Below, one piece after another: positions 22,501-31,372 of a stretch of DNA of 64,000 bases. The position numbers were made by a program, and so were the translations under genes. The stretch is taken from contig PDIP01000021.1 in NCBI GenBank assembly GCA_002811645.1, positions 1 through 64,000 on the forward strand, read 5' to 3'. The DNA comes from Corallochytrium limacisporum Hawaii (taxonomy: Eukaryota; Protista; Pluriformea). Numbering within the stretch: the stretch's first letter is position 1; each line of letters begins with the position of its first letter. The notes under the pieces were generated by a model. The model ran no database searches. It saw only the letters and a list, made by a program, of their open reading frames with translations, and was not told the DNA's origin.

Positions 22501-23479
22501 TATTTCCACCCAATGTACCCCAGCTCTGCACCTGATCCAACTCATCGTCGAATGGAATATCAATGTCCACTCCCGTTGCAGCGGTACCCGAAGGGTGTCC
22601 TGTGGTCTCGTTTTCAGCTGCTCGGCTCCCAAAAGCTTTGTTCTGTGGTGCCTTGCCTTTCTCCAAGGTTTCTTCCATGAGTTCTGGTTTGGCTTTGCCC
22701 ATCTCTGCATTCAGTTGTGCAAGTGAATCTTGACTCGCCAACTTTGCGGGTAGCCGTGGTTCATCGCCCTCCCCCAAAGGCTTGACGACAGTACTTCCTG
22801 ACTCTTTAGGCGCTTCCGCTGTCCTTTCCTCCGCTGTAGCGGTCTGTAGCGCGTCCCCCATAGTTTCTGAGATACCCTGGGGCGCTTCTTGAAGCTGCAG
22901 CTCTGGTGTTTTCTGGACCGGGAATGGAGAAGTTTGTGTGTGCGGAGCAGTACTGTGTTCTCCGAATCCGCTTTCATCGCTGTCACTGCTCATATTATCA
23001 AACACATCGACTTCCTCCTCGTTACCTTCCCAGCTCTTGGTGGCTGGATTATATACCATGCCTGCTACTTCAACACGCTCACCGGGCAAGGTTTCAGCGG
23101 GAATTAGCAGTGCTCTACTGCCCTCCTTGCGCACGAGACCTGGCGGGCGCATACTCCCGGTAAGATTTAATGTGTTCACAATTTCCTGTGCTCGATCTGC
23201 ATCAGACTCAATTTGTCGCCGTGGTTGAGGCTCTGGCGGGGGCAAAACTGTTGCACGTTGGTTTCTCCTTGGTGCTGGAGTCTGTAAGGCGCTCATGAGC
23301 TGATTGATCTCTAAGTACTCATCGGTATTGTATCCATACCGTAGGGTTGATCCAGCACGGCTTGTGCTGCTCTGATTTGACCGAATCGTTCCATTGTTAT
23401 ATGTACCGGTCATGGTCGGTGGCCAGTCCGTCTGCAGACTACTCTGCGTGACCGGGGTTTGATATTTTCTGGTGCTCAT
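16508..23479 (-). CDS. Large LRR scaffold (Cdc11/Nud1- or LRRC9-like) with long disordered regions and a C-terminal PARP-like domain
   Basis: 2323-codon ORF. About 10 SDS22-type LRRs plus an LRR cap (PQLQVLDG) at about 20655-21625. ART/PARP-like motif series at about 16511-17110. Confidence 0.85.
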   Translation of the reverse strand: MSTRKYQTPVTQSSLQTDWPPTMTGTYNNGTIRSNQSSTSRAGSTLRYGYNTDEYLEINQLMSALQTPAPRRNQRATVLPPPEPQPRRQIESDADRAQEIVNTLNLTGSMRPPGLVRKEGSRALLIPAETLPGERVEVAGMVYNPATKSWEGNEEEVDVFDNMSSDSDESGFGEHSTAPHTQTSPFPVQKTPELQLQEAPQGISETMGDALQTATAEERTAEAPKESGSTVVKPLGEGDEPRLPAKLASQDSLAQLNAEMGKAKPELMEETLEKGKAPQNKAFGSRAAENETTGHPSGTAATGVDIDIPFDDELDQVQSWGTLGGNTVGTGVTWRTPARLTEIQKMNTISPQSPRVADRLRSPRSPHSPRYGKHHALDSTLVMRGQDPSAKPTPWQKSKLKTMFTKSEIESDDFYQAPKALDLGKLNSKGGLEKIPGSVEASTSAPNPAPNPQVPSSPALLEMEQGPIEPTTTVNDTAVQESASTVLNLQEEGEAIMESSPKPSSASKTPRRQSEELPPPQRVSSEAMLRMERSISQRTDEIEEEALSPNKILEFDTGTGASLKEIVVQEPPHTPNSKRSAVVKQESPLPQTKREHLPQVKASPRASAPEPTVPQVYGLRVDLSQRGLATLPTDLIPRDVMDLQLSGNVLRTLQGFYTYPLHFIRVLNLCKNELTDLTGISGLKSLLELDVSDNKINRFGDIAGCDSLQVLDIRNNPLSGMHDLPRLANLCEFNMANNQLVILEGLERLPSLNSANFSGNRTTSVDLRDQVPSLTKLDLSHNELKSLRGLHHCMQLLELDVSYNQDLGSLSMGVHEKLRYLVASNCDIQSLSGLNAPNLMHLDVRQNRIMDSGAILRFVYDQGALRYLDTRFNPFNRDFYGYVTLETKARSGGDSSYPHLSTYDDATRFQPTDDVIMARSRHRVAFGRSVPQLQVLDGVELEKGMALSNPPQFDTYTHDSGIGPRFQGTLPPAPPPTRMRHVETHSIQNSPYRRPGKPTGVFKRQGSIAASDLDYLDDQDFMSFQTVPNHEPVLETETTETTEMTAPSAIATKSDPSQPPPAVSSKPVPAPPQMKDQSTITAVDSAIQTEEDTGLEPSSMAAYESQNTAGPHTTVYKSWTLPKPNTQDIISNRERKLVELRNLVSNTSVLQRSFMKEANAPLSVGLRSPEKEAPSRNRFEGQRIESDAVSYAVLRYLTAKGRTPHTIPMDLLTVATHVSTTQHQGSQIPQQTRSVGSPRTAGNNDTTMPPGMLSMDLSRSQAVQSQVPANNLPPPPPPLVTSSADVVSSPVAAEGSGTRTGAPRSVSDIALDQTRQPSAVPSPAVSEQQNGPQPRPPMGPASIVPASVLETEILSTPQGKTTSPAYAGPYFSTPAFQVNEIVGETPRMMDHPTTPAGTGVPVGASPGTSNSKVIFVQEKDQGQLAEDVAVNLRNAFDDDDEDNRQAHSGAYASQDDDHVLQEICADRYSEENILGGQNEPMETLQGSPEPGREIIGKVAHDYEISDMDMDDDEYDDMPGDHNKENHTIEDDMDIIDQPPIVKVTPREIRSSEMTRKSSSSSRAKQITIAAQAPSMSATTGGVRVIRHNSSATKRQSQQQQCRTPVQPARTVSQRTRPQLAATHTKRRAPPLAQHTQHTQQSLAPRAALSPTVTVTSASPPMKAERVQNPQQPLQEAGVGRNTSVQFFVDLNSETVKEEENRLRQRHLTEHRNEAGHKLPTQGGVEFFVDLKNVQIVPDIDNHLPKKKHRVPNPHEPAIQAEGGSAYFVSLDDLDPPMPTGTQIEPSSSPRGASQGLSWYPLDVGHTNGKSRQMQSNGLFKNHPQPHRRSHLAPRIARQHAPSVSGRKVHHAVLKPVGVNRKAQITAQHQLQAAQERSRQRAQKQGGVKRAMSPAKRSSGSAGGVTADPPLNREEGTLVRVQQVLEASDRSGKPLKATTQGLSTPTKERLIQEAAREFFRDHDNLPTRQSTIGDSSSAAGRANDTPHSTGTHAVESPVNHSPPQVAFGQHGSVQSASSSHPPLRDRLKDAVAAIDARVERQMEQHKAREMTTSTSAARTRGELAHSPTRASAPACVLTLLESARIPPAVISEANRSTVLLQDIEGGTVRGNDGSTEDDDVLAGVEMEEYGALTRFLALFGAGHRLVRALKCFQYAAVKHVRSLDHHINQDGGNVRLLCYGGTLRGRTASQPSTRSGNHDIGHVAQHGFNTDPKTHGYGDLVFCSHLDFIDFQFHRRLDGTMELGKRHRVLLCVVKPGHTYLFNGTVTDLMQRDAAWFDEVRARQFTAVVCRQMGMGLGLADEEVTLLFEPERAVPAFFVEYTLS

Positions 23480-23762
23480 GGCAATTGTAAGTCTGTGTAA
23501 TTTGCATCGAATCCCGTTTAGCCTTACATGTTGACTGTCTTGGCTATCCTCTAGCTCATTTCTTTAGACTACATTCATGTCACTGTAAAGTTTCCCTACA
23601 GCTCACTTAACTAGCAGGGGATGGTGCTGATCGGAGCTGACAAAAGTCCAGCCCTACATAGCTTACATGTGTGAGACTCGCCTCGGACCCAATGATTAAC
23701 GCTCCTGGCAGCCAATTGACTTCCCAACTCTGCTGGTCCAATGTACGGCGCAAAAATTTTGG

Positions 23763-23770
23763 GCGGGAAA
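23763..23770. promoter_or_regulatory. Candidate E2F-type site (GCGGGAAA) upstream of the LRR scaffold gene
   Basis: Matches the TTTSSCGC consensus about 285 bp upstream of the ATG. A short motif that could be chance. Confidence 0.3.
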
Positions 23771-24620
23771 AATCGATGTGCGGCGGGGGGAGCGCAGGAG
23801 AGAAAAAGGTCATAGGAGAGGGCGGGTTGGATAAAGGGCCCCTGGAGCAGAGACCCTCCCTGACCGTTCGGCTAGACTGTGGGCGCTCTCCGAAGGAGAT
23901 ACGCGAGTCACAACCAAATGCCGTGGTGGATCGCATGGAACCAAACAGCCAAAGGGCTGGGCGACTGACAGGAATTTAGCCGAGAGGAGAACAGGGCAGA
24001 ATGTAGTGACATGCTCCGGAAACGATAGACGAGGTTGCCTTATCCCTACACCCGGTATATGATATACGGATACTGAGCGTATCTCCTCCTCTCCATTCTC
24101 TGTCCAGGGTGCCCAGTGGGTGCTGGAAAGCGGGCCACTCGTGGAGGTGTCGCCGGCCTGGGCTGATGGCCATTCTCCATGCCTTGGTGGCGGTCACTGT
24201 CAGAAGTTGAGAATGTGTCTCGTTTGCAATGCCCGACCCATCTCGCTGCTTGGCCTGGACACTATCGGACAATTGTACCAAGTCCCATTCGAAACCAAAC
24301 GGAGAGACTAGAGTGGCCAAAAGCAGCGCCCACATATCTATCGCAAGCGATGGTTCCGTCAGAATGCCATTCCCAAGTGCACTCCGAGCCATCACAAAGC
24401 CAATTCACCACGGCCGATCATTTGCCATACCAACAGCATTGCACCCCAGAGGTCTCGAACTATGTATGATCTCTCCGCTGGCATACTTACCGACAATGGC
24501 TGGAATTGCGTACAGCGCGCCATACCCCTCCCCAACCCCAAACCCCCTCCGGGGGGTCTGGTTTAGGTGTGCGGCGATGATTCAAAGGTTTTGCAGTGGG
24601 GGGGTGGTTTGAGCCAGTGG

Positions 24621-24628
24621 TATAAAAA
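24621..24628 (+). promoter_or_regulatory. Candidate TATA box of the DsbA-like gene
   Basis: TATAAAAA about 95 bp upstream of the ATG, directly after G-rich tracts. Confidence 0.45.
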
Positions 24629-24716
24629 TAGCCAGTTCCGTCCGATGTACCGTGCAACGTCGATGCACATGTCGTGAAGCAAAGGTGACAGGCGAAGAGT
24701 GTATGAAAGGTGAACC

Positions 24717-25397
24717 ATGACCTCAAGAAAGTATACCCTCGATACAGTGATCGCAATCGATGTGATCTGCCCATGGTGCTTTATCGGGAAGAAGCGGTTT
24801 GATGTCGCAGTTAGAGAGTTCGAGGCCACTCATCCGGACGTGAAAGTGTGCGTGAAGTTCACGCCATATCAACTTTCAAGACAGCAGAGTTACAAGGATA
24901 AAGCAAAAGATCCACGTTGGTCGGGAAAATACTCTTCAAAGAAGCTTCTAGAGGTCCAAGCTATTGGAAAAGACAGTGGGGCAGAGATCAACTACCTTGG
25001 TCGTGTCGGCAGCTCGGTGCCTGCGTTTCGCTTAATTCAATATGCACAGAACCACTCTTTAGGACTGGAAAAGGCAAATAGTTTGACAGACCACATCATG
25101 TCAGCCTATTTTGTGCATTCTCGGGACATTGGAGAGACTGGTACCCTCGTCGACCTTGCCACACAGGTAGGCTACGCGGCCGGTGAGATCACTTCCTTCC
25201 TCAACAGTGATGCGCTCGAGTCAGAGATACTGGCCAAATCGAAGGAGAACAAAGAGACTCTGATTGGGGGTGTACCTTTCTTCACCTTCTGTAACACCTA
25301 CAAGGTCCCTGGAGCGCAGGAAACCATGGTCTTCACCAATGCCCTTGAACGTATCTACCGCCGAGAGTTTAAGGACAACGAAAGAAGCAGACTATGA
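24717..25397 (+). CDS. DsbA/FrnE-like thioredoxin-fold oxidoreductase with C-terminal SRL
   Basis: DVICPWCFIGKKR active site, GVPFF cis-Pro loop and GAQ motif. Confidence 0.9.
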   Translation: MTSRKYTLDTVIAIDVICPWCFIGKKRFDVAVREFEATHPDVKVCVKFTPYQLSRQQSYKDKAKDPRWSGKYSSKKLLEVQAIGKDSGAEINYLGRVGSSVPAFRLIQYAQNHSLGLEKANSLTDHIMSAYFVHSRDIGETGTLVDLATQVGYAAGEITSFLNSDALESEILAKSKENKETLIGGVPFFTFCNTYKVPGAQETMVFTNALERIYRREFKDNERSRL

Positions 25398-25838
25398 AGA
25401 CAGTAGATTGATATTTTATAATCAATATTATTGATGTGATTATGTCGACATTGTTTCTTGCCTGTGGTCTCGGATCCTTCCCTGTTCGGCCCTAGTTTCG
25501 CTTTGTCGACGTTTCTCCTAGTGTTTAGTGGATTTTCTTGCGGTCCATTCAGTACTGCGCAACATGTGGTCTGCGTGTGTGTTTGCTTTCTGGAACATTT
25601 TCTTGGAAGATGGGCCGTCCTGGCAGTCGGAAAAGGTATGTTCAGGTTGATGTCATTCCGTCTCATTGCTCTGGACCGAAGACACTGCGATGTGTGAGAA
25701 GAAAGGTACGTGCCGGAAACGGAGCGACGTGCATGCCCTTTGTATCTTTCTGTTCCGGCCACCAGAAGAAGACCACCAGCCTCCGCTTGGGACCTGAGAT
25801 CCGACCAACCGGAGAAAAGTGAGACCTTGAACAACGGA

Positions 25839-27515
25839 ATGGACGAGGATTTTGACGATCCCATGGCCATCGCTGTGGCCGACCAGAAGGAAGAAGACCT
25901 CTCTGGTGACGGTGGCGTGATCAAGATTCTCACACGCCTCGGTATTGGAGATGAGACCCCAGAAAAGGGTGACGAAGTCCACGCCCACTATCGCGGCACT
26001 CTTGAAGATGGAACTGAATTTGATGCCAGCCGCAACCGCGGCGAAGAACCCTTCAAGTTCCGGGTCGGTGAGGGCCAGGTCATCAAGGCTTGGGACCTTG
26101 CTTTTGCAACAATGAAATGTGGTGAGAAGGCCACAATCATTGCCAAGGCACCATACGCATACGGCGAAGCTGGCTCTCCGCCAAAGATCCCTGCAGATGC
26201 GACTCTGAAGTTTGAAGTTGAGTGTATCACTTGGCGTAGTGGCGACGACGTCACCAAGGCCAAGGATGGCGGTGTCACCAAAAAGACACTCAAGGCAGGA
26301 TCCGGCTGGAAGAAACCGCACCATGGCGAGACGACGATTGTATCATATGTGATGCGGGATGATGAAGACAATGTTGTGCAGGAGGCCAAGGAAAAGGAAA
26401 TTGTCATCAACGACTTTACTACCGCACCGCCCTGCATCCACCTGGCCGTGCAGTCTATGCTGAAAGGTGAGGAGGCTATGGTCAAATCAGAGCCTCACTA
26501 TCACGGAATCAAGGAACTGGACGGAAACGTGAAAGTTGAACTGACTCTGCACTCGTGGCAGCCACGGACTTGGATTACCGACGAAAGGACGGTCTGCAAG
26601 GTCACTGTCGAAGAAGGTCAAGGCTATGAGGAGCCGAACGAGGGAGCCACAGTTGAAGTTGAGGTTGAAGGTGCCCGCGTGGAACCCTCCGGTCGAGTAT
26701 ACAAAGATGCCACCGTAAACTTCACCGAGGTGAAAAAGTTTGTTGTCTTGGAGGGTGACTCAGGACTGCCCCACTTGCTTGAGGAGGCCATAATGAAGAT
26801 GAAGAAAGACGAAATCGCCGACATTGAGATCAAGCCTGTCGCAGCGGAGAACATGAAACTCGTCCCCGCCGCTGGTGACCCTGCCCTGAGCGACGATGAA
26901 ATGATTGTCATCCGTGTGCGAATGAATGGTTTCTTGAAGGCCCGGGAAGTCTGGGAGCTCAAAGATCATGAACGTATAAAAGAGGCTGAGCGCTTGCGTG
27001 GCAAGGCCAATGAACTCTTCAAGGCCCAGCGCCTCGAACTGGCCCAGAAGAAGTACCAGAAGGCAATCAGACTAATCGATCTCGACAAAGAGGCGGCAGA
27101 GAAGCATGAGGAGGAGATTAAGACCCTGCAACTGCCCCTGAACTTGAACATGAGCTTGGTACAGTATAAGCAAGGAATGTACCGGGATGCTCTGAAGTAT
27201 GCTCAGAAGGCCCTCGATGTAGACGACCGTAGTATTAAGGGTTGGTTCCGCAAGAGCCAGGCCCTTACAGCGCTTGGTGAATACGTGCAAGCATGGGACT
27301 GCCTAAAGAAGGCACAGGAGATAGACCCGGAGGACAAGGCTGTGAAGGCTGAAATGATCCGCATCAAACAACGCAAGGATGCTCAGCAAAAGAAGGATCA
27401 GGCTGTCTTTTCGAAGATGTTCAGCAAAAGTATCGTCACAGAGGAACCGAACCCGGCTCCCAAGGAGGGCGATGATGATGACATGGACCAAGACGTCGAA
27501 CCGAAGGTACAATGA
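25839..27515 (+). CDS. Large immunophilin: three FKBP domains plus TPR (FKBP4/5 or ROF1-like Hsp90 co-chaperone)
   Basis: HYRGTLEDGTEFDAS, GQVIKAWD, YAYGEAGSPPKIP, two further FKBP-like repeats and TPR helices. First in-frame ATG is at 25839. Confidence 0.93.
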   Translation: MDEDFDDPMAIAVADQKEEDLSGDGGVIKILTRLGIGDETPEKGDEVHAHYRGTLEDGTEFDASRNRGEEPFKFRVGEGQVIKAWDLAFATMKCGEKATIIAKAPYAYGEAGSPPKIPADATLKFEVECITWRSGDDVTKAKDGGVTKKTLKAGSGWKKPHHGETTIVSYVMRDDEDNVVQEAKEKEIVINDFTTAPPCIHLAVQSMLKGEEAMVKSEPHYHGIKELDGNVKVELTLHSWQPRTWITDERTVCKVTVEEGQGYEEPNEGATVEVEVEGARVEPSGRVYKDATVNFTEVKKFVVLEGDSGLPHLLEEAIMKMKKDEIADIEIKPVAAENMKLVPAAGDPALSDDEMIVIRVRMNGFLKAREVWELKDHERIKEAERLRGKANELFKAQRLELAQKKYQKAIRLIDLDKEAAEKHEEEIKTLQLPLNLNMSLVQYKQGMYRDALKYAQKALDVDDRSIKGWFRKSQALTALGEYVQAWDCLKKAQEIDPEDKAVKAEMIRIKQRKDAQQKKDQAVFSKMFSKSIVTEEPNPAPKEGDDDDMDQDVEPKVQ

Positions 27516-27610
27516 AGAAGGCATGCAGCTGCAGGAACAGTGAGTAAAGTGGTAAAAACCAATAGCATAACCGTAGAGCCTATACAGTTTACCTAGTCTT
27601 AGTTGTGCTC

Positions 27611-29683
27611 TCATTCTATTCCAATGATCTGGCCTTGCTCTGCAACCCACTTGCAGCCCAAGTGCAGATTCGCATCATAGGAAAGGTGATCAAGGGCCTC
27701 GATCACAGTATCACGGTCTGCTCGGCACAGGCTACGCCACCACAAAATTTTTGCGGCCTCCCGATCTGGCCACATGTCCGCCTGCTGCCACGACGTCGTC
27801 GGGTCCAAATTCTTCTCATCGTACGGGTAGAGCAGGATCCGCCACGGTTCCATGTACTTGGCGAGGCCTGGTTTGAACCAGAAATCGACAGCATGTCCCG
27901 ACGGCAGACGGTGCTTGTGTGACATGGCGTACCACTCGGGATAGACTGAGTTCAGGATGTTGCCCATCACATCGTCTGAGCCAAGGGGCCACTGCGCGAA
28001 GTAGTCAATCTTACTGAGCAGGAATTCGTGCAGCCTGCCGTCTGGCTGGATCAGGGCCACCCGACCGTCCCCAATATCCGGTGGGTAGACCGCGGGAGTC
28101 ATTGCTGGAGCTTTACTGTGGAAGATTTCTCCGAAGCCTCCTACCGAGAGTGCCCACGGATGGACAACAGCAACTTTGTTGTACTCTACGAGACTAAAAC
28201 AGTGCACCATCAATTGCAGCTCGGCTGAAACTTGCTTTCCTGACGACGGCTTCACAGGGCGCAGATCCCAATCCAACTGGGACAGGTGCTCCTCCTCTGC
28301 GGGTGTGAATGAGATGCGGGTCACGTCGTACAACACAATGACATCGATCTCATTGTACGAATCAGCCAGATCCTGCATTTTCAGGCTCTGCCAGAGCGCA
28401 TAGGCATGGACAATATCTGGTATGCCAAGAACATAAGTTACGTAAGCCATCCGCGGGAAGACTTTGCCCACAATTTCCTTCGGCCGCGGGACATCCTTGC
28501 CGACCCTTGGGAAATCCAACCGCGGCCTGACGCTCGACATGCGTCCACGGTAGATCTTGAAGGCTTCAGGGTCAATGACAGCGTTTGACTGGTCCTGCTT
28601 CCACAGGTCCCACCACATCCCACTAAATAAACTGCCTTTTCCCAACTGTTTGTTTTCGCCTTTCGAATCATCATTGTCGCTACCGCCTTCATCATTGAGT
28701 GCCTGCTGATCTCCTTCCTGTTCCTTCCAAGGTTTGTGCCATGGATTCGCAAAATGAACAACCTTGGGTTGAACGACCTTTAGCAAGTCCTCCGACGATG
28801 TATACCAGGATGGTGCATTGTAGTGAGAGGGAAGGGTGACGATGGTATTGTATGAAAATGGCAGGCGATGCTGACTTGGCAGCATGTACCAGTCGTCAAA
28901 GAAGCTGTTCAGGAAGCCCTGATCTCCCTTATTGTATGCCGGTTTCACGTAGATTAGGCCAAGCATGTGTTTGTAAGTCTGTGTGTCCGGACGGAGTACC
29001 ATCACCCCGGAGTTGAATGTGTCGCCGTTGTATATGTCCGGAGCTGCAGCAAAATCCCCGTGCTGGACAAACAAGTGATCCAGGTTGTCAATAATGATCA
29101 TGTCCATGTCCATCCATAAAACTCTGTCGTATTGGGTAAGGTTCCATGCGTTGATTTTTGCATACCCCTTAACGTTGTACTTATTTTGCACCATGGGCAC
29201 CACCTGGAAGTGATCAAAGAGCAAAGTTGTCTGCGCTTGCAACTTGCCAATAACGTCAGCGTCCTTGGATCCTTCCATGCCATCAATGGACAGCATAAGA
29301 ACAAGATCATACTGGGTGCCCGTTTGTTTCAAGGATCTTGCCCATACCCGTGCCACTGGCTCCAGTTCATAATTTGTTATCATCGTAACATACGCATATC
29401 TTTCTGCGCTCGGTGACCTTTGGCTGCTACTTGATCCCGATAGAAAGAGCCGATAGAACAGGTATGATCCCACAATTAAAATGATCCATGAACGAGTGCG
29501 TAGTTTGGGTAACTGTGTCTGCGCCCTGTGCAGCACTGACCGAAAGGACGAATTTTTCTTGGTGTACGGGTCATCATCGTCCAGAAGGGATATGCCATCG
29601 AAGCTATTATGTCCACGGCGTGAACCGCCAGGTCTGTACGCGCCATTGCCGACATTGAAGCGACCTATCCCGCCGGCACTCAT
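27611..29683 (-). CDS. Type II membrane glycosyltransferase family 8 (glycogenin-like) with a second degenerate GT8 domain
   Basis: N-terminal TM helix, then AYVTM, KINAWNLTQYDRVLWMDMD, FNSGVMVLRP, DQGFLN, RLPFSYN and VVHF...KPW. Confidence 0.9.
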   Translation of the reverse strand: MSAGGIGRFNVGNGAYRPGGSRRGHNSFDGISLLDDDDPYTKKNSSFRSVLHRAQTQLPKLRTRSWIILIVGSYLFYRLFLSGSSSSQRSPSAERYAYVTMITNYELEPVARVWARSLKQTGTQYDLVLMLSIDGMEGSKDADVIGKLQAQTTLLFDHFQVVPMVQNKYNVKGYAKINAWNLTQYDRVLWMDMDMIIIDNLDHLFVQHGDFAAAPDIYNGDTFNSGVMVLRPDTQTYKHMLGLIYVKPAYNKGDQGFLNSFFDDWYMLPSQHRLPFSYNTIVTLPSHYNAPSWYTSSEDLLKVVQPKVVHFANPWHKPWKEQEGDQQALNDEGGSDNDDSKGENKQLGKGSLFSGMWWDLWKQDQSNAVIDPEAFKIYRGRMSSVRPRLDFPRVGKDVPRPKEIVGKVFPRMAYVTYVLGIPDIVHAYALWQSLKMQDLADSYNEIDVIVLYDVTRISFTPAEEEHLSQLDWDLRPVKPSSGKQVSAELQLMVHCFSLVEYNKVAVVHPWALSVGGFGEIFHSKAPAMTPAVYPPDIGDGRVALIQPDGRLHEFLLSKIDYFAQWPLGSDDVMGNILNSVYPEWYAMSHKHRLPSGHAVDFWFKPGLAKYMEPWRILLYPYDEKNLDPTTSWQQADMWPDREAAKILWWRSLCRADRDTVIEALDHLSYDANLHLGCKWVAEQGQIIGIE

Positions 29684-30634
29684 ATTGATGGACTGTAATC
29701 AGATATTTGTTCGCTTTTCTTTGTCAAGTCCTCGCCAACAAACAGAGACTGGCTTCCACTTGATCTCTTCTGTCATATCTTCCCTCTCGGTCTGGACTGG
29801 GTCTGTCATTCTGAATTAACAGCCTGAGGATTAGGAGACAGAAAACATACGCCAGAAGCCGAAAGTAATGATCTAAGCATGTGCCTAGCTGATATCAAGC
29901 TCCTCTACAATAGACTAGTCCGAACCTGTTTGAAACAGCTTGGAGCCGCCTCCTCTTTCCAGCCAACGATCGCGGCGTACCCACATTCACCCCGCGCCCC
30001 TGGCCGGGCACCCGCGATCACAGTCCCGAATCACTGGATCTCTTGCGGTGGTGAATATATTAACTTCAGCGAGGCCTCCTCTGCATTGATTTCTACAAAG
30101 CACAGGGTAGGGTTTCAGGTCCCCCCGGTACTTTCAGTACTGAATTTTCTGCAACCAATGTTGAACCAGAGTCCTTAGTGAATGTACCGGGGTCTGTCTG
30201 GGGCTCTGATTCCGTGACGAACTCTTCCACTGTGTTTTCGCCCGTGGCGACAGGGGTGCGACGCTACCGGGCTCCACGGCTGTGGGACCCGGCAGTGAAT
30301 CCAACCTGAGACCGGTGGGACCGGTTCGGGTTCCGATGGGATGTCCGCCGTGTCCGAATCTCTGACGTTGGTGGACAATAGTTTTTGATTCTGAGAAGCT
30401 GTTCGTTCCCCTAGAAGTTTATGTGAATCTGCAGGCTTTCTCATGCAGTTCTGGTATTTACAGGTAGTATGTGGACTGCGAAAAAAATACAAATGAAACA
30501 ATCCAAACGCATAACATGAAATAAGCGAGTGCGTGCCTGAGACGCTCAGAAACTGGAAGTCCGTTCCGTCAAAAATGTGAACGCAAACATATTAACAAGA
30601 TAGAACAACCAAGGGGTATAGGAGAAATTTTGAT

Positions 30635-31174
30635 ATGCCACTTTCAGATCGCACGTGCCTGGCGCAGGAGGTGACCGCCTTGTCACTATGCCTCTTCCTA
30701 GCCCTCTTTTTGGCAATGTCGACTGTGGTGAGTGCCGACAATTCGGACATCAAAGAGTACGCGTGTAAGTGCGAGTGTCCCACCAACACAACATGGAAGT
30801 ACGTCGATGCACCACAGGATTGCACTTGCGACTATGTTGTACAGGACTCGGAAGTATGTCTGCACTGCTACTGCTACTACGAGGAGAGGAATTCTTTCCT
30901 TATCCAAGCGGTGGTGTACATGTTTATTGTTGCGTTTGGATTCATTATGGTCGTGACCTGCGTAAACAAAATCATGAAGACAGACGCATTCAAGAGCACG
31001 GGGCCGACCTATTATTCGAGCCGAGGATTGGAGGAAAGAGAAACCAGCAGCGGGCCTGCCACGGGTTACCTTTCCGAGCTCTGGAATCGGTTTACCATGC
31101 GTTTGCCATATTGGGTTCGGAGAGATGTGCTGGGTACCACACAACTTGATCTCATGGCAGAAGGCCTGTTGTAA
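30635..31174 (+). CDS. TMEM9: TMEM9/TMEM9B-like single-pass membrane protein
   Basis: Signal peptide, then CKCECP, DCTC..VV and CLHCYCYYEERN followed by a TM helix. This is the TMEM9 cysteine pattern. Confidence 0.8.
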   Translation: MPLSDRTCLAQEVTALSLCLFLALFLAMSTVVSADNSDIKEYACKCECPTNTTWKYVDAPQDCTCDYVVQDSEVCLHCYCYYEERNSFLIQAVVYMFIVAFGFIMVVTCVNKIMKTDAFKSTGPTYYSSRGLEERETSSGPATGYLSELWNRFTMRLPYWVRRDVLGTTQLDLMAEGLL

Positions 31175-31372
31175 ATGTAAGAAGGGCATATCACACCGCG
31201 GATTAGATCATTCTCTACATGTAGGCTGAAATGTAATGCAGGATCACACATACTATCCTAATACATGGACTCCTGGAAGATAGTCTTTTCTAGGTTCGTG
31301 GACTAATGTTCTTGTCTATTCTACTTCTTAATTTTATTTCTAATTCTTCATCACTTTGATTCCACTTCTTCT

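Noticed and set aside
24717-25410. Selenoprotein or readthrough in the DsbA-like gene
   Set aside because: The active site is encoded as Cys-Pro-Trp-Cys, and the terminal TGA follows a plausible PTS1 and is quickly followed by TAG.
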